A DNA stretch of 41,293 nt from an uncultured Candidatus Saccharibacteria bacterium (GCA_964424295.1 CAYRHZ010000002.1:1-41293); one strand, 5' to 3'; positions 1-8,185 are shown, counted from the stretch's first letter. Notes: generated from the sequence alone by a model not told the origin. Numbers and translations: made by a program.

Positions 1-2
1 AT

Positions 3-638
3 TCACATAGACTTGGAATCATAAGAGATTGGAAATCTCGATGGTTTGGAGTAAAAAACAAATATAAAGAATTCCTAAAAAGCGATGTTCTTTTGAGAGA
101 ATATCTAGAAAAGAAATTCAGAGGTTTTTATGTATCTAATGTTGAAATGGAAAGAGGTGAAAAAGTTCTAAGAATCATAGTAGAAACATCTAGACCAGGT
201 ATGATCATTGGACGATCTGGAGAGGGTGCTGTTAAACTTCGAAATGACGTTTTGAAATTTATCGCTAGAAATAAACTATCTACAGGAGGTGAAGTAAAAA
301 TTGATATCAAAGAAATAAAATCTCCAGAATCAAATGCTTCTATCGTTGCACAAATGGTTGCAGACGGACTAGAAAAGAGACTTCCTTTCAGAAGAGTTGT
401 AAAACAAATGGTGGAGAAAGTAATGGCAAACAGAGATGTTAAGGGAGTTAGAGTTATTGTTTCAGGAATCTTGGGAGGAAACTCAATGGCAAGAACAGAA
501 ATGATAAAGAAGGGAAGAGTTCCACTTCAGACTTTCCGAGCAGACATCGACTACGCACAAGCTACAGCTAGACTGACACTTGGTGCTACTGGAGTAAAAG
601 TTTGGATATACAAAGGCGATATATTCGCAAAGAAATAA
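3..638 (+). CDS. rpsC: 30S ribosomal protein S3 (5' end outside window)
   Basis: Frame is open from nt 3 (SHRLGIIRDWKSRWFG...) and runs into tracked ORF 93..638. S3-like segments IIGRSGEGAVKLR and GILGGNSMARTE. Directly upstream of rplP. Confidence 0.95.
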   Translation, partial: SHRLGIIRDWKSRWFGVKNKYKEFLKSDVLLREYLEKKFRGFYVSNVEMERGEKVLRIIVETSRPGMIIGRSGEGAVKLRNDVLKFIARNKLSTGGEVKIDIKEIKSPESNASIVAQMVADGLEKRLPFRRVVKQMVEKVMANRDVKGVRVIVSGILGGNSMARTEMIKKGRVPLQTFRADIDYAQATARLTLGATGVKVWIYKGDIFAKK

Positions 639-652
639 TTTAAAGCACTACC

Positions 653-1075
653 ATGTTACTACCAAAAAAAGTAAAATACAGAAAATGGCATACAATGCGA
701 AAAAACCCTAGCAAGGTTGGGGTAGCTTCACGTGGTGCAAAAATAGATTTCGGATCACATGCTATAAAAGCAATGGACGGTGCAAGAATAATGTCTAACC
801 AGCTAGAAGCTGCTAGAAAAGCACTATCAAGAGCTCTTGGTAAAACAGGAAAGGTTTGGATTCGAGTTTTCCCAGATATGCCTCTTACAAAGAAACCAGC
901 TGAAGTAAAGCTTGGAAAAGGAAAAGGAGATCTTTTTGGATACTGCGCACCTGTTAAGCCAGGAAGAATCATTTTTGAAGTTGATGGTGTTACAGACGCT
1001 GTTGCAAGAGAGGCCCTAAGAAAAGCTGGAACAAAGCTTCCTCTTAAGACAAAGATAATCGCTAAAGCACATTAA
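653..1075 (+). CDS. rplP: 50S ribosomal protein L16
   Basis: N-terminus MLLPKKVKYRKWH and KLGKGKGDLFGYCAPVKPGRI are typical uL16. Position between rpsC and rpmC. Confidence 0.95.
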   Translation: MLLPKKVKYRKWHTMRKNPSKVGVASRGAKIDFGSHAIKAMDGARIMSNQLEAARKALSRALGKTGKVWIRVFPDMPLTKKPAEVKLGKGKGDLFGYCAPVKPGRIIFEVDGVTDAVAREALRKAGTKLPLKTKIIAKAH

Positions 1076-1089
1076 TTTACATTACTTTT

Positions 1090-1287
1090 ATGAAAATCAA
1101 AGAAATCGCAAAAAAGAATAAGGCAGAACTAGTAAAAATGCTCGGAGAGAGAAAAATGGCTCTAAGAGATTTCAGATTTTCTGTAAGTGGAAGCAATGTA
1201 AGAAATGTAAAGGAAGGAAAGGTTGCTAAAAAGGACATAGCGAGAATCCTTACATTGCTAAACAAGCAGTCAAATATTTCTGCATAA
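1090..1287 (+). CDS. rpmC: 50S ribosomal protein L29
   Basis: 65-aa helical protein (IKEIAKKNKAELVKMLGERKMALRDFRF) in the canonical slot between rplP and rpsQ. Confidence 0.9.
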   Translation: MKIKEIAKKNKAELVKMLGERKMALRDFRFSVSGSNVRNVKEGKVAKKDIARILTLLNKQSNISA

Positions 1288-1298
1288 TAAATAAACAT

Positions 1299-1547
1299 AT
1301 GAAAGATAACGCAAACAAAACAAATAAGGGAGGAGAAATGACAGGAGTTGTTGTTTCTACAAAGATGAAAGACACTGTGGTTGTAAAGGTGAAGAGATTT
1401 GTAAAACACCCTAAGTATGATAAGTATATGTCTATAGACAAGAAGTTTAAGGCGCACGATGCTGGAAACACAAAGCAAGTGGGGGACAAGGTAACAATAG
1501 TAGAAACTGCTCCTATTTCTAAGGACAAGAGGTTTAAAATCGCATAA
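1299..1547 (+). CDS. rpsQ: 30S ribosomal protein S17
   Basis: MTGVVVSTKMKDTVVVKVKRFVKHPKYDKY matches the uS17 OB-fold core. Operon position supports it. Confidence 0.93.
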   Translation: MKDNANKTNKGGEMTGVVVSTKMKDTVVVKVKRFVKHPKYDKYMSIDKKFKAHDAGNTKQVGDKVTIVETAPISKDKRFKIA

Positions 1548-1565
1548 GAATTTATTTAAAAATAT

Positions 1566-1943
1566 ATGATACAAGCAAGATCAATCGTTAAAATAGCTGA
1601 CAACTCTGGTGGTAAGATCGGAAGAGTTTTCAAAGTGCTGGGAAGCTCAAAGAAAAGATATGCTGGAATAGGAGAGTTGGTAGTTATTTCTATTCAAAAG
1701 GCAGAGCCAAGAAAGACAACTAAAAAGAAAGATGTTACTTATGCTCTAGTTGTAAGACAAAAAGCTCCTTTCAGAAGAAAAGACGGTTCATATATTAGAT
1801 TTGATGAAAACGCAGTTGTTCTTGTGGTTAAGGATCCAAAGAAAAAAGAACCAGTAGCAGGAAGAATTTTCGGACCAATCCCTAGAGAAATAGGAGAAGT
1901 TGGTTACCAAAAAATTATCTCTTTAGCGCCAGAGGTAGTATAA
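1566..1943 (+). CDS. rplN: 50S ribosomal protein L14
   Basis: MIQARSIVKIADNSGGK N-terminus, about 125 aa, correct operon position. Confidence 0.96.
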   Translation: MIQARSIVKIADNSGGKIGRVFKVLGSSKKRYAGIGELVVISIQKAEPRKTTKKKDVTYALVVRQKAPFRRKDGSYIRFDENAVVLVVKDPKKKEPVAGRIFGPIPREIGEVGYQKIISLAPEVV

Positions 1944-1954
1944 CTTTAAATAAA

Positions 1955-2173
1955 ATGAACGTAAAAAAAGACGACAAAGTAATAATTTTAACAGGAAAGG
2001 ACAAGGGTAAAACTGGTTCAGTAATAAAGGCTATGCCAAAAGATGGCAAGGTTATAGTTTCTGGAGTAAACATTTCTAAAAAACACCAAAAAGCTAGAAA
2101 GTCAGGAGAGAAGGGTCAGATAATTGAAAAAGCTATGCCAATAAGTGTTTCAAACGTTAAGAAAGCAAAATAA
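1955..2173 (+). CDS. rplX: 50S ribosomal protein L24
   Basis: KOW-type motif KKDDKVIILTGKDKGKTGSV. Position after rplN. Confidence 0.93.
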   Translation: MNVKKDDKVIILTGKDKGKTGSVIKAMPKDGKVIVSGVNISKKHQKARKSGEKGQIIEKAMPISVSNVKKAK

Positions 2174-2193
2174 AATAAGTAACAGCAAATATT

Positions 2194-2787
2194 ATGGAAT
2201 CAATTAAAACAAAAACAGGAAAAGCTTTCGAAGCACTAAAGGGAGAATTTGGTTATAAAAACCCTATGCAAGCACCTAAGGTAATGAAGGTTGTAGTTTC
2301 TTCTGGTATCGGATCTGTAAAAGATAAAAAGAAAATTGAACTTATAGCAGACAGACTTTCAAAAATCACAGGGCAAAAGCCATCTAGAAAGGGAGCAAAG
2401 ATTTCTATCGCAGCTTTCAAAGTTCGAGAAGGGGACCCAGTAGGAATGCAAATCACTTTGAGAGGCGCAAGAATGTATGATTTTCTAGACAGACTAGTAA
2501 ACATCGCTCTTCCGAGAACAAAGGACTTCCGAGGTATTTCTTCAAACGGAATTGACCAAATGGGTAACTATACTCTAGGAATAAAAGAAAACACTATTTT
2601 CCCAGAATCAGGAGACGAGGATTTGAAAGATGTTTTCGGACTTGCAGTAACAGTTGTAACAAACGTTAAAGATCCAAAGCAGACAAAAGCATTCCTTCTC
2701 CACTTAGGATTCCCATTTAAAAAGGTAGAAACTAAAGAAGTTAAAGCAAAGCTTGATCCAAAGAAAGGAAGATTCGCAAAGAAATAA
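2194..2787 (+). CDS. rplE: 50S ribosomal protein L5
   Basis: KNPMQAPKVMKVVVSSGIG and RGISSNGIDQMGNYTLGIKE are uL5-like. Position after rplX. Confidence 0.95.
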   Translation: MESIKTKTGKAFEALKGEFGYKNPMQAPKVMKVVVSSGIGSVKDKKKIELIADRLSKITGQKPSRKGAKISIAAFKVREGDPVGMQITLRGARMYDFLDRLVNIALPRTKDFRGISSNGIDQMGNYTLGIKENTIFPESGDEDLKDVFGLAVTVVTNVKDPKQTKAFLLHLGFPFKKVETKEVKAKLDPKKGRFAKK

Positions 2788-2790
2788 ACA

Positions 2791-2817
2791 AAAGACCACC
2801 TAACAGGTGGTTTTTTG
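2791..2817 (+). terminator. rho-independent terminator-like hairpin immediately after rplE
   Basis: accacct-aac-aggtggt (7-bp stem, 2795-2811) followed by a T6 run. Same ccacc/ggtgg style as hairpins at 20705 and 41186. Confidence 0.6.
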
Positions 2818-2822
2818 TTGTA

Positions 2823-2852
2823 TTGACAAAAAGCGGGAAAGTGTTATATAAT
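2823..2852 (+). promoter_or_regulatory. sigma70-like promoter (TTGACA, 18-nt spacer, TATAAT)
   Basis: TTGACA at 2823-2828 and TATAAT at 2847-2852, read directly from the sequence. Confidence 0.5.
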
Positions 2853-2899
2853 GCAACGCGGAAATGCCTACGTTTGGGCTATCCCACAGGAGACAGCAG

Positions 2900-3421
2900 A
2901 TGACGACAGCTACCGAATCGGCTACCACGACCAGTACGGAACAGGCCAGCACGAAGGACTTCTGGACGCAGGTCCAGGAGGTCGACCTCTCGGCCGTCCC
3001 GACGGATGCCATCGACCTCCACGAGCCGAAGGACGACGCCGTCGTTCTCGGCGAGGCGAGTGACATCTCTCGCAGGATCTACGTGGTGATGAACCGGGAG
3101 TCTCGCAAGTTCCACGAATTCGAGATTCAGCTTCTCGAGAAGGGAAGGAAGCACCAGGAGCTTCACACGGAATCGGGTGACGACGACCACAACTGCGCCG
3201 ACTTCAAGAAGGAAATCCTGCCCCTGGTGGAGGAGGGCAGGAAGCAGGCCGCACGGTTGGACCTCATCAGGTCCCTGTTCTGGACGTCGATGAAGATCGA
3301 CTTCCCGGACCTCGAAGGCAAGGAAAACATCTTCATCGCCCAGGGGTGGAAGGTGGGCCACGAGAAGCAGAGTCCCCGTGGCCGCTTCGGCGTCCGGGTG
3401 TACGAAGTTCAACATCGGTGA
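2900..3421 (+). CDS. hypothetical protein, GC-rich orphan (173 aa; T/S-rich acidic N-terminus, charged helical core)
   Basis: AGGAGA (2888-2893) lies 6 nt before ATG 2900. Tracked ORF 2864..3421 is the same frame. Strong G/C third-position bias. No motif I recognise. Confidence 0.7.
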   Translation: MTTATESATTTSTEQASTKDFWTQVQEVDLSAVPTDAIDLHEPKDDAVVLGEASDISRRIYVVMNRESRKFHEFEIQLLEKGRKHQELHTESGDDDHNCADFKKEILPLVEEGRKQAARLDLIRSLFWTSMKIDFPDLEGKENIFIAQGWKVGHEKQSPRGRFGVRVYEVQHR

Positions 3422-3498
3422 CCTGTTAGGTGCCCATCGGCACAACGGGTAGCGATGCATAGCTAGTCCGCTAAGTAAGTTCAGCGGCAGCAAACAGG
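3422..3498 (+). ncRNA. candidate structured RNA / 3' UTR element closed by cctgtt...aacagg
   Basis: cctgtt (3422-3427) pairs with aacagg (3493-3498). Enclosed hairpins are gtgcc-catc-ggcac, tagc-gatgcata-gcta and ccgct-(10 nt)-agcgg. Hand folding only. Confidence 0.3.
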
Positions 3499-3506
3499 AG
3501 TGTGTG

Positions 3507-3537
3507 GAGGTCGGCATCGTGCCGACCTCTTTTTTGT
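3507..3537 (+). terminator. rho-independent terminator of the GC-rich cassette
   Basis: gaggtcggc-atcgt-gccgacctc (9-bp GC-rich stem) followed by a T6 run. Confidence 0.8.
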
Positions 3538-3739
3538 TTGACTTTCAAAGGCTTAATTGTTAGTATGAACCCCGAGCTAATAAGCTCTATTTTGTTTGAA
3601 ATCATTCATATTCGGCGCATTTCTTTGTCGCCAGCTCCGCCTACTTCCTTTGCAGTATTTTTATACAGCTCGGTCGTATGCTCGCTGTCTTCGCGAACTG
3701 CATCCAAATCTGAATAATTTCAGAAATACATAAAACCTA

Positions 3740-3925
3740 ATGGCAAAAACATCAGTACTAGCAAGAGCAGCAAAGAAACAAAAGTTTTCTACTCGGGCAA
3801 CAAACCGATGTTTTAAATGTGGACGTGGAAGAGCATTCATGCGAGACTTTGGTCTTTGCAGAATCTGTTTCAGAGAGCTAGCCAATGAAGGAAAGATACC
3901 AGGAGTAAAGAAATCAAGCTGGTAA
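3740..3925 (+). CDS. rpsZ: 30S ribosomal protein S14, type Z (zinc-binding)
   Basis: 61 aa with CFKCGR...CRICFR (CxxC...CxxC) and C-terminal KKSSW. Precedes rpsH. Confidence 0.95.
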   Translation: MAKTSVLARAAKKQKFSTRATNRCFKCGRGRAFMRDFGLCRICFRELANEGKIPGVKKSSW

Positions 3926-3997
3926 TTAAAAAAAGTAGTCTAGGCAAGTCCGGAGCCACTAGGTAAGGGAAACTACCAAGATATAATAAACAAAAAA

Positions 3998-4384
3998 ATG
4001 GACCCAATCTCAGACATGATAGTTCGAATAAAGAATGCAACAGACTCTAAAAAAGAATCTGTAGTTTTCCCTTATTCAAAAATCAAGCTAGCTATTCTAG
4101 AAATTTTACAAAAGGAAGGATATATAAAGTCTTTTGGTAAAAAGGGAAAGAAAGTTATCAAGTTCATAGATGTTACTTTGAGCTATGACGGAAAAGACGG
4201 AAGAATAAACGGAGTTAAAAGAGTTTCAAAGACTTCAAAAAGAGTTTACGTTGGATCAAAAGAAATCAAGAAAGTTAAAAATGGACTAGGTACTCTTGTT
4301 CTTTCAACTCCAAAAGGAATAATGACAGACAAAATGGCAAGAGATGCAAAGGTCGGTGGGGAAGCTCTATTTGAGATCTGGTAG
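3998..4384 (+). CDS. rpsH: 30S ribosomal protein S8
   Basis: MDPISDMIVRIKNA N-terminus and GGEALFEIW C-terminus. Confidence 0.95.
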   Translation: MDPISDMIVRIKNATDSKKESVVFPYSKIKLAILEILQKEGYIKSFGKKGKKVIKFIDVTLSYDGKDGRINGVKRVSKTSKRVYVGSKEIKKVKNGLGTLVLSTPKGIMTDKMARDAKVGGEALFEIW

Positions 4385-4407
4385 ATCAAAATTTAAATAT
4401 AAAATAT

Positions 4408-4941
4408 ATGTCAAGAATCGGTAAAAAAATAATAAGTATCCCAGCAGGAGTAGAAGTGACTTACAATCACCCAGTCTTAACTGTAAAAGGCAAAGAAGGA
4501 ACTCTTGTTAAAAATTTTAATAAAGATATAGAGATTACAATAACTCCAACTGAGATAACTCTAGTTCCAAAAGTTTCTACTCTGGCTAGTAGAGCTCTAT
4601 GGGGAACATACTCATCTCATATACAAAACATGGTAAAGGGCGTTGCGACTCCTTTCGTTAAGAAGCTTATTCTAGAAGGTATTGGATACAAGTCAGAAGT
4701 AAAAGGAACAAATCTTGTTCTTGCATTAGGATTTTCTCACCAAGTTATCGTTCCTATTCCAGAAGGACTTAAAGTCACTGCAGAAAAGAACATTATAGCT
4801 TCAACAGGTGCAGACAAAGAATTGGTTGGAAGCTTTGCGGCAAAGGTAAGATCTCTAAAGAAACCAGAACCATACAAAGGAAAGGGTATGAGATACGAAG
4901 GAGAAGTTATTAAGCGAAAACAAGGCAAGAAAACTGCATAA
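4408..4941 (+). CDS. rplF: 50S ribosomal protein L6
   Basis: MSRIGKKIISIPAGVEV N-terminus and KPEPYKGKGMRYEGE near the C-terminus. Confidence 0.95.
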   Translation: MSRIGKKIISIPAGVEVTYNHPVLTVKGKEGTLVKNFNKDIEITITPTEITLVPKVSTLASRALWGTYSSHIQNMVKGVATPFVKKLILEGIGYKSEVKGTNLVLALGFSHQVIVPIPEGLKVTAEKNIIASTGADKELVGSFAAKVRSLKKPEPYKGKGMRYEGEVIKRKQGKKTA

Positions 4942-4957
4942 TATCTAAAGTAAAAAA

Positions 4958-5308
4958 ATGAAATCATTAAACTCAAAAATTACAAATAGAATCAGAAGAC
5001 GAAACAGAATTCGATCTAAAATTTCTGGTACTTCTACTATGCCAAGACTTTCTGTGTTCAAATCAAACACAAGTATTTCAGCACAAATCATAGATGACAA
5101 TGCTGGAGTAACACTAGCGACAGCTCACAGTAGAGATGTAAAAGGAAAGGGATTGTTGGTAAAAGCAGCGCTTGTTGGAAAACTTGTTGCAGAGAAAGCT
5201 AAAGCTAAAAACATTGATAAGGTAGTTTTTGACAGAGGAGGATTCTTTTACGCTGGAAACGTTAAGGCTTTAGCAGAGGGAGCTCGAGAAGGAGGGCTTA
5301 AATTTTAA
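4958..5308 (+). CDS. rplR: 50S ribosomal protein L18
   Basis: [25 protein letters not shown] and [27 protein letters not shown] are uL18 signatures. Confidence 0.95.
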   Translation: MKSLNSKITNRIRRRNRIRSKISGTSTMPRLSVFKSNTSISAQIIDDNAGVTLATAHSRDVKGKGLLVKAALVGKLVAEKAKAKNIDKVVFDRGGFFYAGNVKALAEGAREGGLKF

Positions 5309-5314
5309 AAATAT

Positions 5315-5911
5315 ATGGAACCAGAAATAACAAACAATGATGTAAAAATAGAAGAGGTTGCTGTAGAGGCTGTTCCGCAAGAAGCTTCTTCTGAACGTGC
5401 TCCAAGAGATTTTAGAAAAAATTCTAGAAAACCAGGACCAAGAAGAGAAGCTCGAGTTAAGCCTGAGTTCGACCAAAAAATAATCGATATCCGAAGAGTT
5501 ACTCGTGTAGTTACCGGAGGTAGAAGATTTAGCTTCTCAGTTGCTGTTGTTATTGGAGACAGAAAAGGAAAAGTGGGCGTTGGTATGGGTAAGGCAGGGG
5601 ACACACCAGTTGCTATCGACAAAGCAGTAAGAGACGCTAGAAAGAACATGATCAAAGTTAATCTTACAAAGCACGCTTCACCTCTACACGAAGTGTCTGC
5701 TAAATTCTCAAGTTCAAGAGTTCTTATCATGAAGGCGCCTGGAAAGGGAGTTCTTGCTGGTTCATCAGTTCGTGTTGTTCTAGAGCTTGCTGGTATTAAA
5801 GAAGTTTCAGCTAAGATCTTTTCTAGAAGTAAAAACAAAATTAACAATGCAAAAGCAGCTGTTAAAGCATTGAAAATGATGAAGTCTACAAGAGTAAGCC
5901 AGAGCGCATAA
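5315..5911 (+). CDS. rpsE: 30S ribosomal protein S5 (with about 50-aa N-terminal extension)
   Basis: RVTRVVTGGRRFSFSVAVVIGDRKGKVGVGMGKA core. Followed directly by rplO. Confidence 0.94.
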   Translation: MEPEITNNDVKIEEVAVEAVPQEASSERAPRDFRKNSRKPGPRREARVKPEFDQKIIDIRRVTRVVTGGRRFSFSVAVVIGDRKGKVGVGMGKAGDTPVAIDKAVRDARKNMIKVNLTKHASPLHEVSAKFSSSRVLIMKAPGKGVLAGSSVRVVLELAGIKEVSAKIFSRSKNKINNAKAAVKALKMMKSTRVSQSA

Positions 5912-5921
5912 ATAAAATAAT

Positions 5922-6362
5922 ATGGAAAAACACAATTTAAAAAGAAAAACACCTAATAAGAAAACTAGAATAGTTGGAAGAGGTGGAAAGCACGCAAAAA
6001 CTTCTGGAAGAGGAACAAAAGGACAAAACGCTAGAGCCGGACACAAAAAGCGACCAGAAATTCGAGATTTCATCAAGAGAATTCCAAAACTTCGAGGACG
6101 AGGTAAAAACATCAACACAAGTATTCAAAATAAATACCACGTTGTTAACCTTGGTGATTTAAATAATCTATGTAAAAACGGAGACACTATTTCTCCAGAA
6201 ACTTTGGTAAAGTACAATGTTTTAAAGTTAGTAAAAGGAAAATTGCCTGAGGTAAAAATCTTGGGGGGAGGGGTATTAGACAAATCTCTAACCTTTAAGG
6301 GTTGTACAGTTTCTGCTTCTGCGAAATTGCAAATAGAGAAAGCGGGGGGTACTATTAACTAA
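5922..6362 (+). CDS. rplO: 50S ribosomal protein L15
   Basis: GRGGKHAKTSGRGTKGQNARAG glycine/basic N-terminal region. Position before secY. Confidence 0.94.
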   Translation: MEKHNLKRKTPNKKTRIVGRGGKHAKTSGRGTKGQNARAGHKKRPEIRDFIKRIPKLRGRGKNINTSIQNKYHVVNLGDLNNLCKNGDTISPETLVKYNVLKLVKGKLPEVKILGGGVLDKSLTFKGCTVSASAKLQIEKAGGTIN

Positions 6363-6373
6363 ACTGAAGCAAA

Positions 6374-7645
6374 ATGAAAGAATTTTTTAACAAGTTCACT
6401 CTAGTATTTCAAGACTCAGTTCTTCGAAAGAGAATTCTTTTTACTTTGTTTGCATTAGTGCTTTTTAGAGCTTTGTCTGCAGTTCCTATTTCTGGTATCG
6501 ACACTGGAAGACTTGCTCAGTTTTTTTCAAACAACCAGTTTCTAGGTCTACTTAATATTTTTTCAGGAGGAGGCTTATCACAGCTTTCTATTGTGATGCT
6601 TGGAGTTTCACCTTACATTACTGGCTCTATCATAATGCAACTTCTTACTATAATGTCTCCAAAGCTTAAGGCTATGTACCAGGAAGACGGGGAAGCTGGA
6701 AGAAGAAAATTCGCACAATACGGAAGAATGCTTACTGTACCACTTGCTTTACTACAAGGTTATTCATTTATTAAAATATTAGAAACACAACAGGTTATTG
6801 TTGGTCTATCTGGTATTGAGTTAATAACAAATCTAATTGTTATCACAGCTGGTTCCATTTTGCTTATGTGGATTGGAGAACTTGTGTCTGAATATGGAAT
6901 CGGTAATGGTATAAGTCTTATCATATTTGCAGGTATCGTAGCGGCTCTTCCTACTCAAATAGGTCAGCTTATATACGCTTTTGATCCTTCTCAAATACCG
7001 GTATACCTAGCTCTTATGGTTGTTGCGGCGCTTGTAATAGTCTTGGTTGTTGTTATCACAGAAGCAGAAAGACCGATACCTATTGTTCAAGCAAAACAAG
7101 TACGAGGTAACAGAGTTTTTGGGGGAGGATCTTCATATCTACCTTTGCGAATTAACCAAGCCGGAGTGATTCCAATCATATTTGCTCTATCTATACTTTT
7201 GTTCCCGCAAATGATCCTAAGATTTTTGCAAGGAATTAGTAACACTACTGTTCAAAGTATCTCAACTACCGCTTTAAATCTATTGGCAAATAGCTGGTTC
7301 TACGGAGTTTCTTATTTCTTTCTAGTGTTTATTTTCACTTACTTCTATACAGCAGTTACATTTGATCCAGATCAAATCTCTACAAACTTACAAAAGAACG
7401 GTTCATTTATTCCAGGAGTTCGACCGGGAAAATCTACTTCAGATCACATCTCTAGAATCCTAACTAGACTTACTTTGGTTGGAGCATTATTTCTAGGTGT
7501 AATAGCTGTGTTGCCGTTAATAGCATCACAAGTAACTGGTATTACTGCCATATCTGTTGGAGGAACATCACTTCTAATCGTAGTTTCAGTTGTTATTGAT
7601 TTGATTAAGAAGGTTGATGCTCAGGTATCTATCCGAGAGTACTAA
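6374..7645 (+). CDS. secY: preprotein translocase subunit SecY
   Basis: 423-aa polytopic membrane protein with GISPYITGSIIMQLL-type TM2 (GVSPYITGSIIMQLLT). Canonical position. Confidence 0.96.
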   Translation: MKEFFNKFTLVFQDSVLRKRILFTLFALVLFRALSAVPISGIDTGRLAQFFSNNQFLGLLNIFSGGGLSQLSIVMLGVSPYITGSIIMQLLTIMSPKLKAMYQEDGEAGRRKFAQYGRMLTVPLALLQGYSFIKILETQQVIVGLSGIELITNLIVITAGSILLMWIGELVSEYGIGNGISLIIFAGIVAALPTQIGQLIYAFDPSQIPVYLALMVVAALVIVLVVVITEAERPIPIVQAKQVRGNRVFGGGSSYLPLRINQAGVIPIIFALSILLFPQMILRFLQGISNTTVQSISTTALNLLANSWFYGVSYFFLVFIFTYFYTAVTFDPDQISTNLQKNGSFIPGVRPGKSTSDHISRILTRLTLVGALFLGVIAVLPLIASQVTGITAISVGGTSLLIVVSVVIDLIKKVDAQVSIREY

Positions 7646-7680
7646 AATCTTTCAAATCTGACGAACTCCAATCTATTCAC

Positions 7681-7711
7681 AAAAAAGACCTCTAAATCAG
7701 AGGTCTTTTTT
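7681..7711 (+). terminator. rho-independent terminator after secY
   Basis: agacctct-aaatc-agaggtct (8-bp stem, 7686-7706), with an A-run before and a T6 run after. Confidence 0.7.
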
Positions 7712-7724
7712 GTACCCGTGTCAA

Positions 7725-7754
7725 TTGGAATTTATGGTCCTTTATGGTTATATT
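7725..7754 (+). promoter_or_regulatory. promoter-like boxes TTGGAA, 18-nt spacer, TATATT
   Basis: TTGGAA at 7725-7730 and TATATT at 7749-7754. The spacer contains the direct repeat tttatggt x2. Confidence 0.35.
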
Positions 7755-7771
7755 TGTGTTGGGGGGGATTG

Positions 7772-8185
7772 ATGAAGATCATCGTCGCCGACAGAAGAGG
7801 GATCGTTTTTTCTGCTATCGAGGCGGGCCTGCGCAAGAGGAACATTCAGACCCCGACTGTGCTGGCCAGGGACGGAAAGACACTCCGCGAGTTTCTTGGC
7901 CTCTGCGCAGACGTAGTGGTGGTTTCGGCACAGCTTTTGCCGGGCTACACCACCAACGAACAACTGGCAGAGGAGGTGAAGAAACAGTGCTCTAGCGCCG
8001 TGTTTGTTGTCTACAACAGCGTGGTGGAGAAGCACGGTCCAAACGTCGACCTTCGGATTCCCAGCTTTGTTGGTGGTGGAGACAAAACTATCGGTCTTCA
8101 CATCGTAGACTATCTTTCCGACCACGTATTCGTCGTCGGCACTGGAGTCTACGTCCAGCTCAGCCTTGTATTCTCGTTCGATTAG
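7772..8185 (+). CDS. hypothetical protein, GC-rich orphan; receiver-like (CheY-fold) pattern lacking the phospho-acceptor Asp
   Basis: GGGGGGA (7761-7767) precedes ATG 7772. MKIIVADRR..., VVVVSAQLLPG and VFVVYNS align by eye with the native receiver at 27239 (ILLVDDD, IILMDIIMPG, IIMLTNQ), but with Ser in place of the acceptor Asp. Confidence 0.55.
   Translation: MKIIVADRRGIVFSAIEAGLRKRNIQTPTVLARDGKTLREFLGLCADVVVVSAQLLPGYTTNEQLAEEVKKQCSSAVFVVYNSVVEKHGPNVDLRIPSFVGGGDKTIGLHIVDYLSDHVFVVGTGVYVQLSLVFSFD

Larger units (their letters stand above)
2820..3538 (+). other. compositionally foreign promoter-gene-RNA-terminator cassette inserted between rplE and rpsZ
   Basis: Sharp GC jump: line 2941-3000 is 40/60 G+C, versus 20/60 in rplX line 1981-2040. 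Own promoter, SD and terminator. Flanked by the 9-nt direct repeat TTTTTTGTT (2811-2819 and 3530-3538). Confidence 0.6.

Noticed and set aside
2851-3517. Overlapping ORFs 2851..3063 (+) and 2879..3517 (-, 212 aa) inside the first GC-rich cassette.
   Set aside because: Long alternative-frame and antisense ORFs are expected in GC-rich DNA. Their products are Arg/Pro/Gly-rich and low in complexity, and they lack an SD or promoter. The 2900..3421 frame has the SD, the promoter and the third-position G/C bias.
3502-3717. Tracked 71-aa ORF in the spacer upstream of rpsZ.
   Set aside because: It starts inside the terminator hairpin, its sequence looks non-protein-like and it has no SD. It is most likely spurious.
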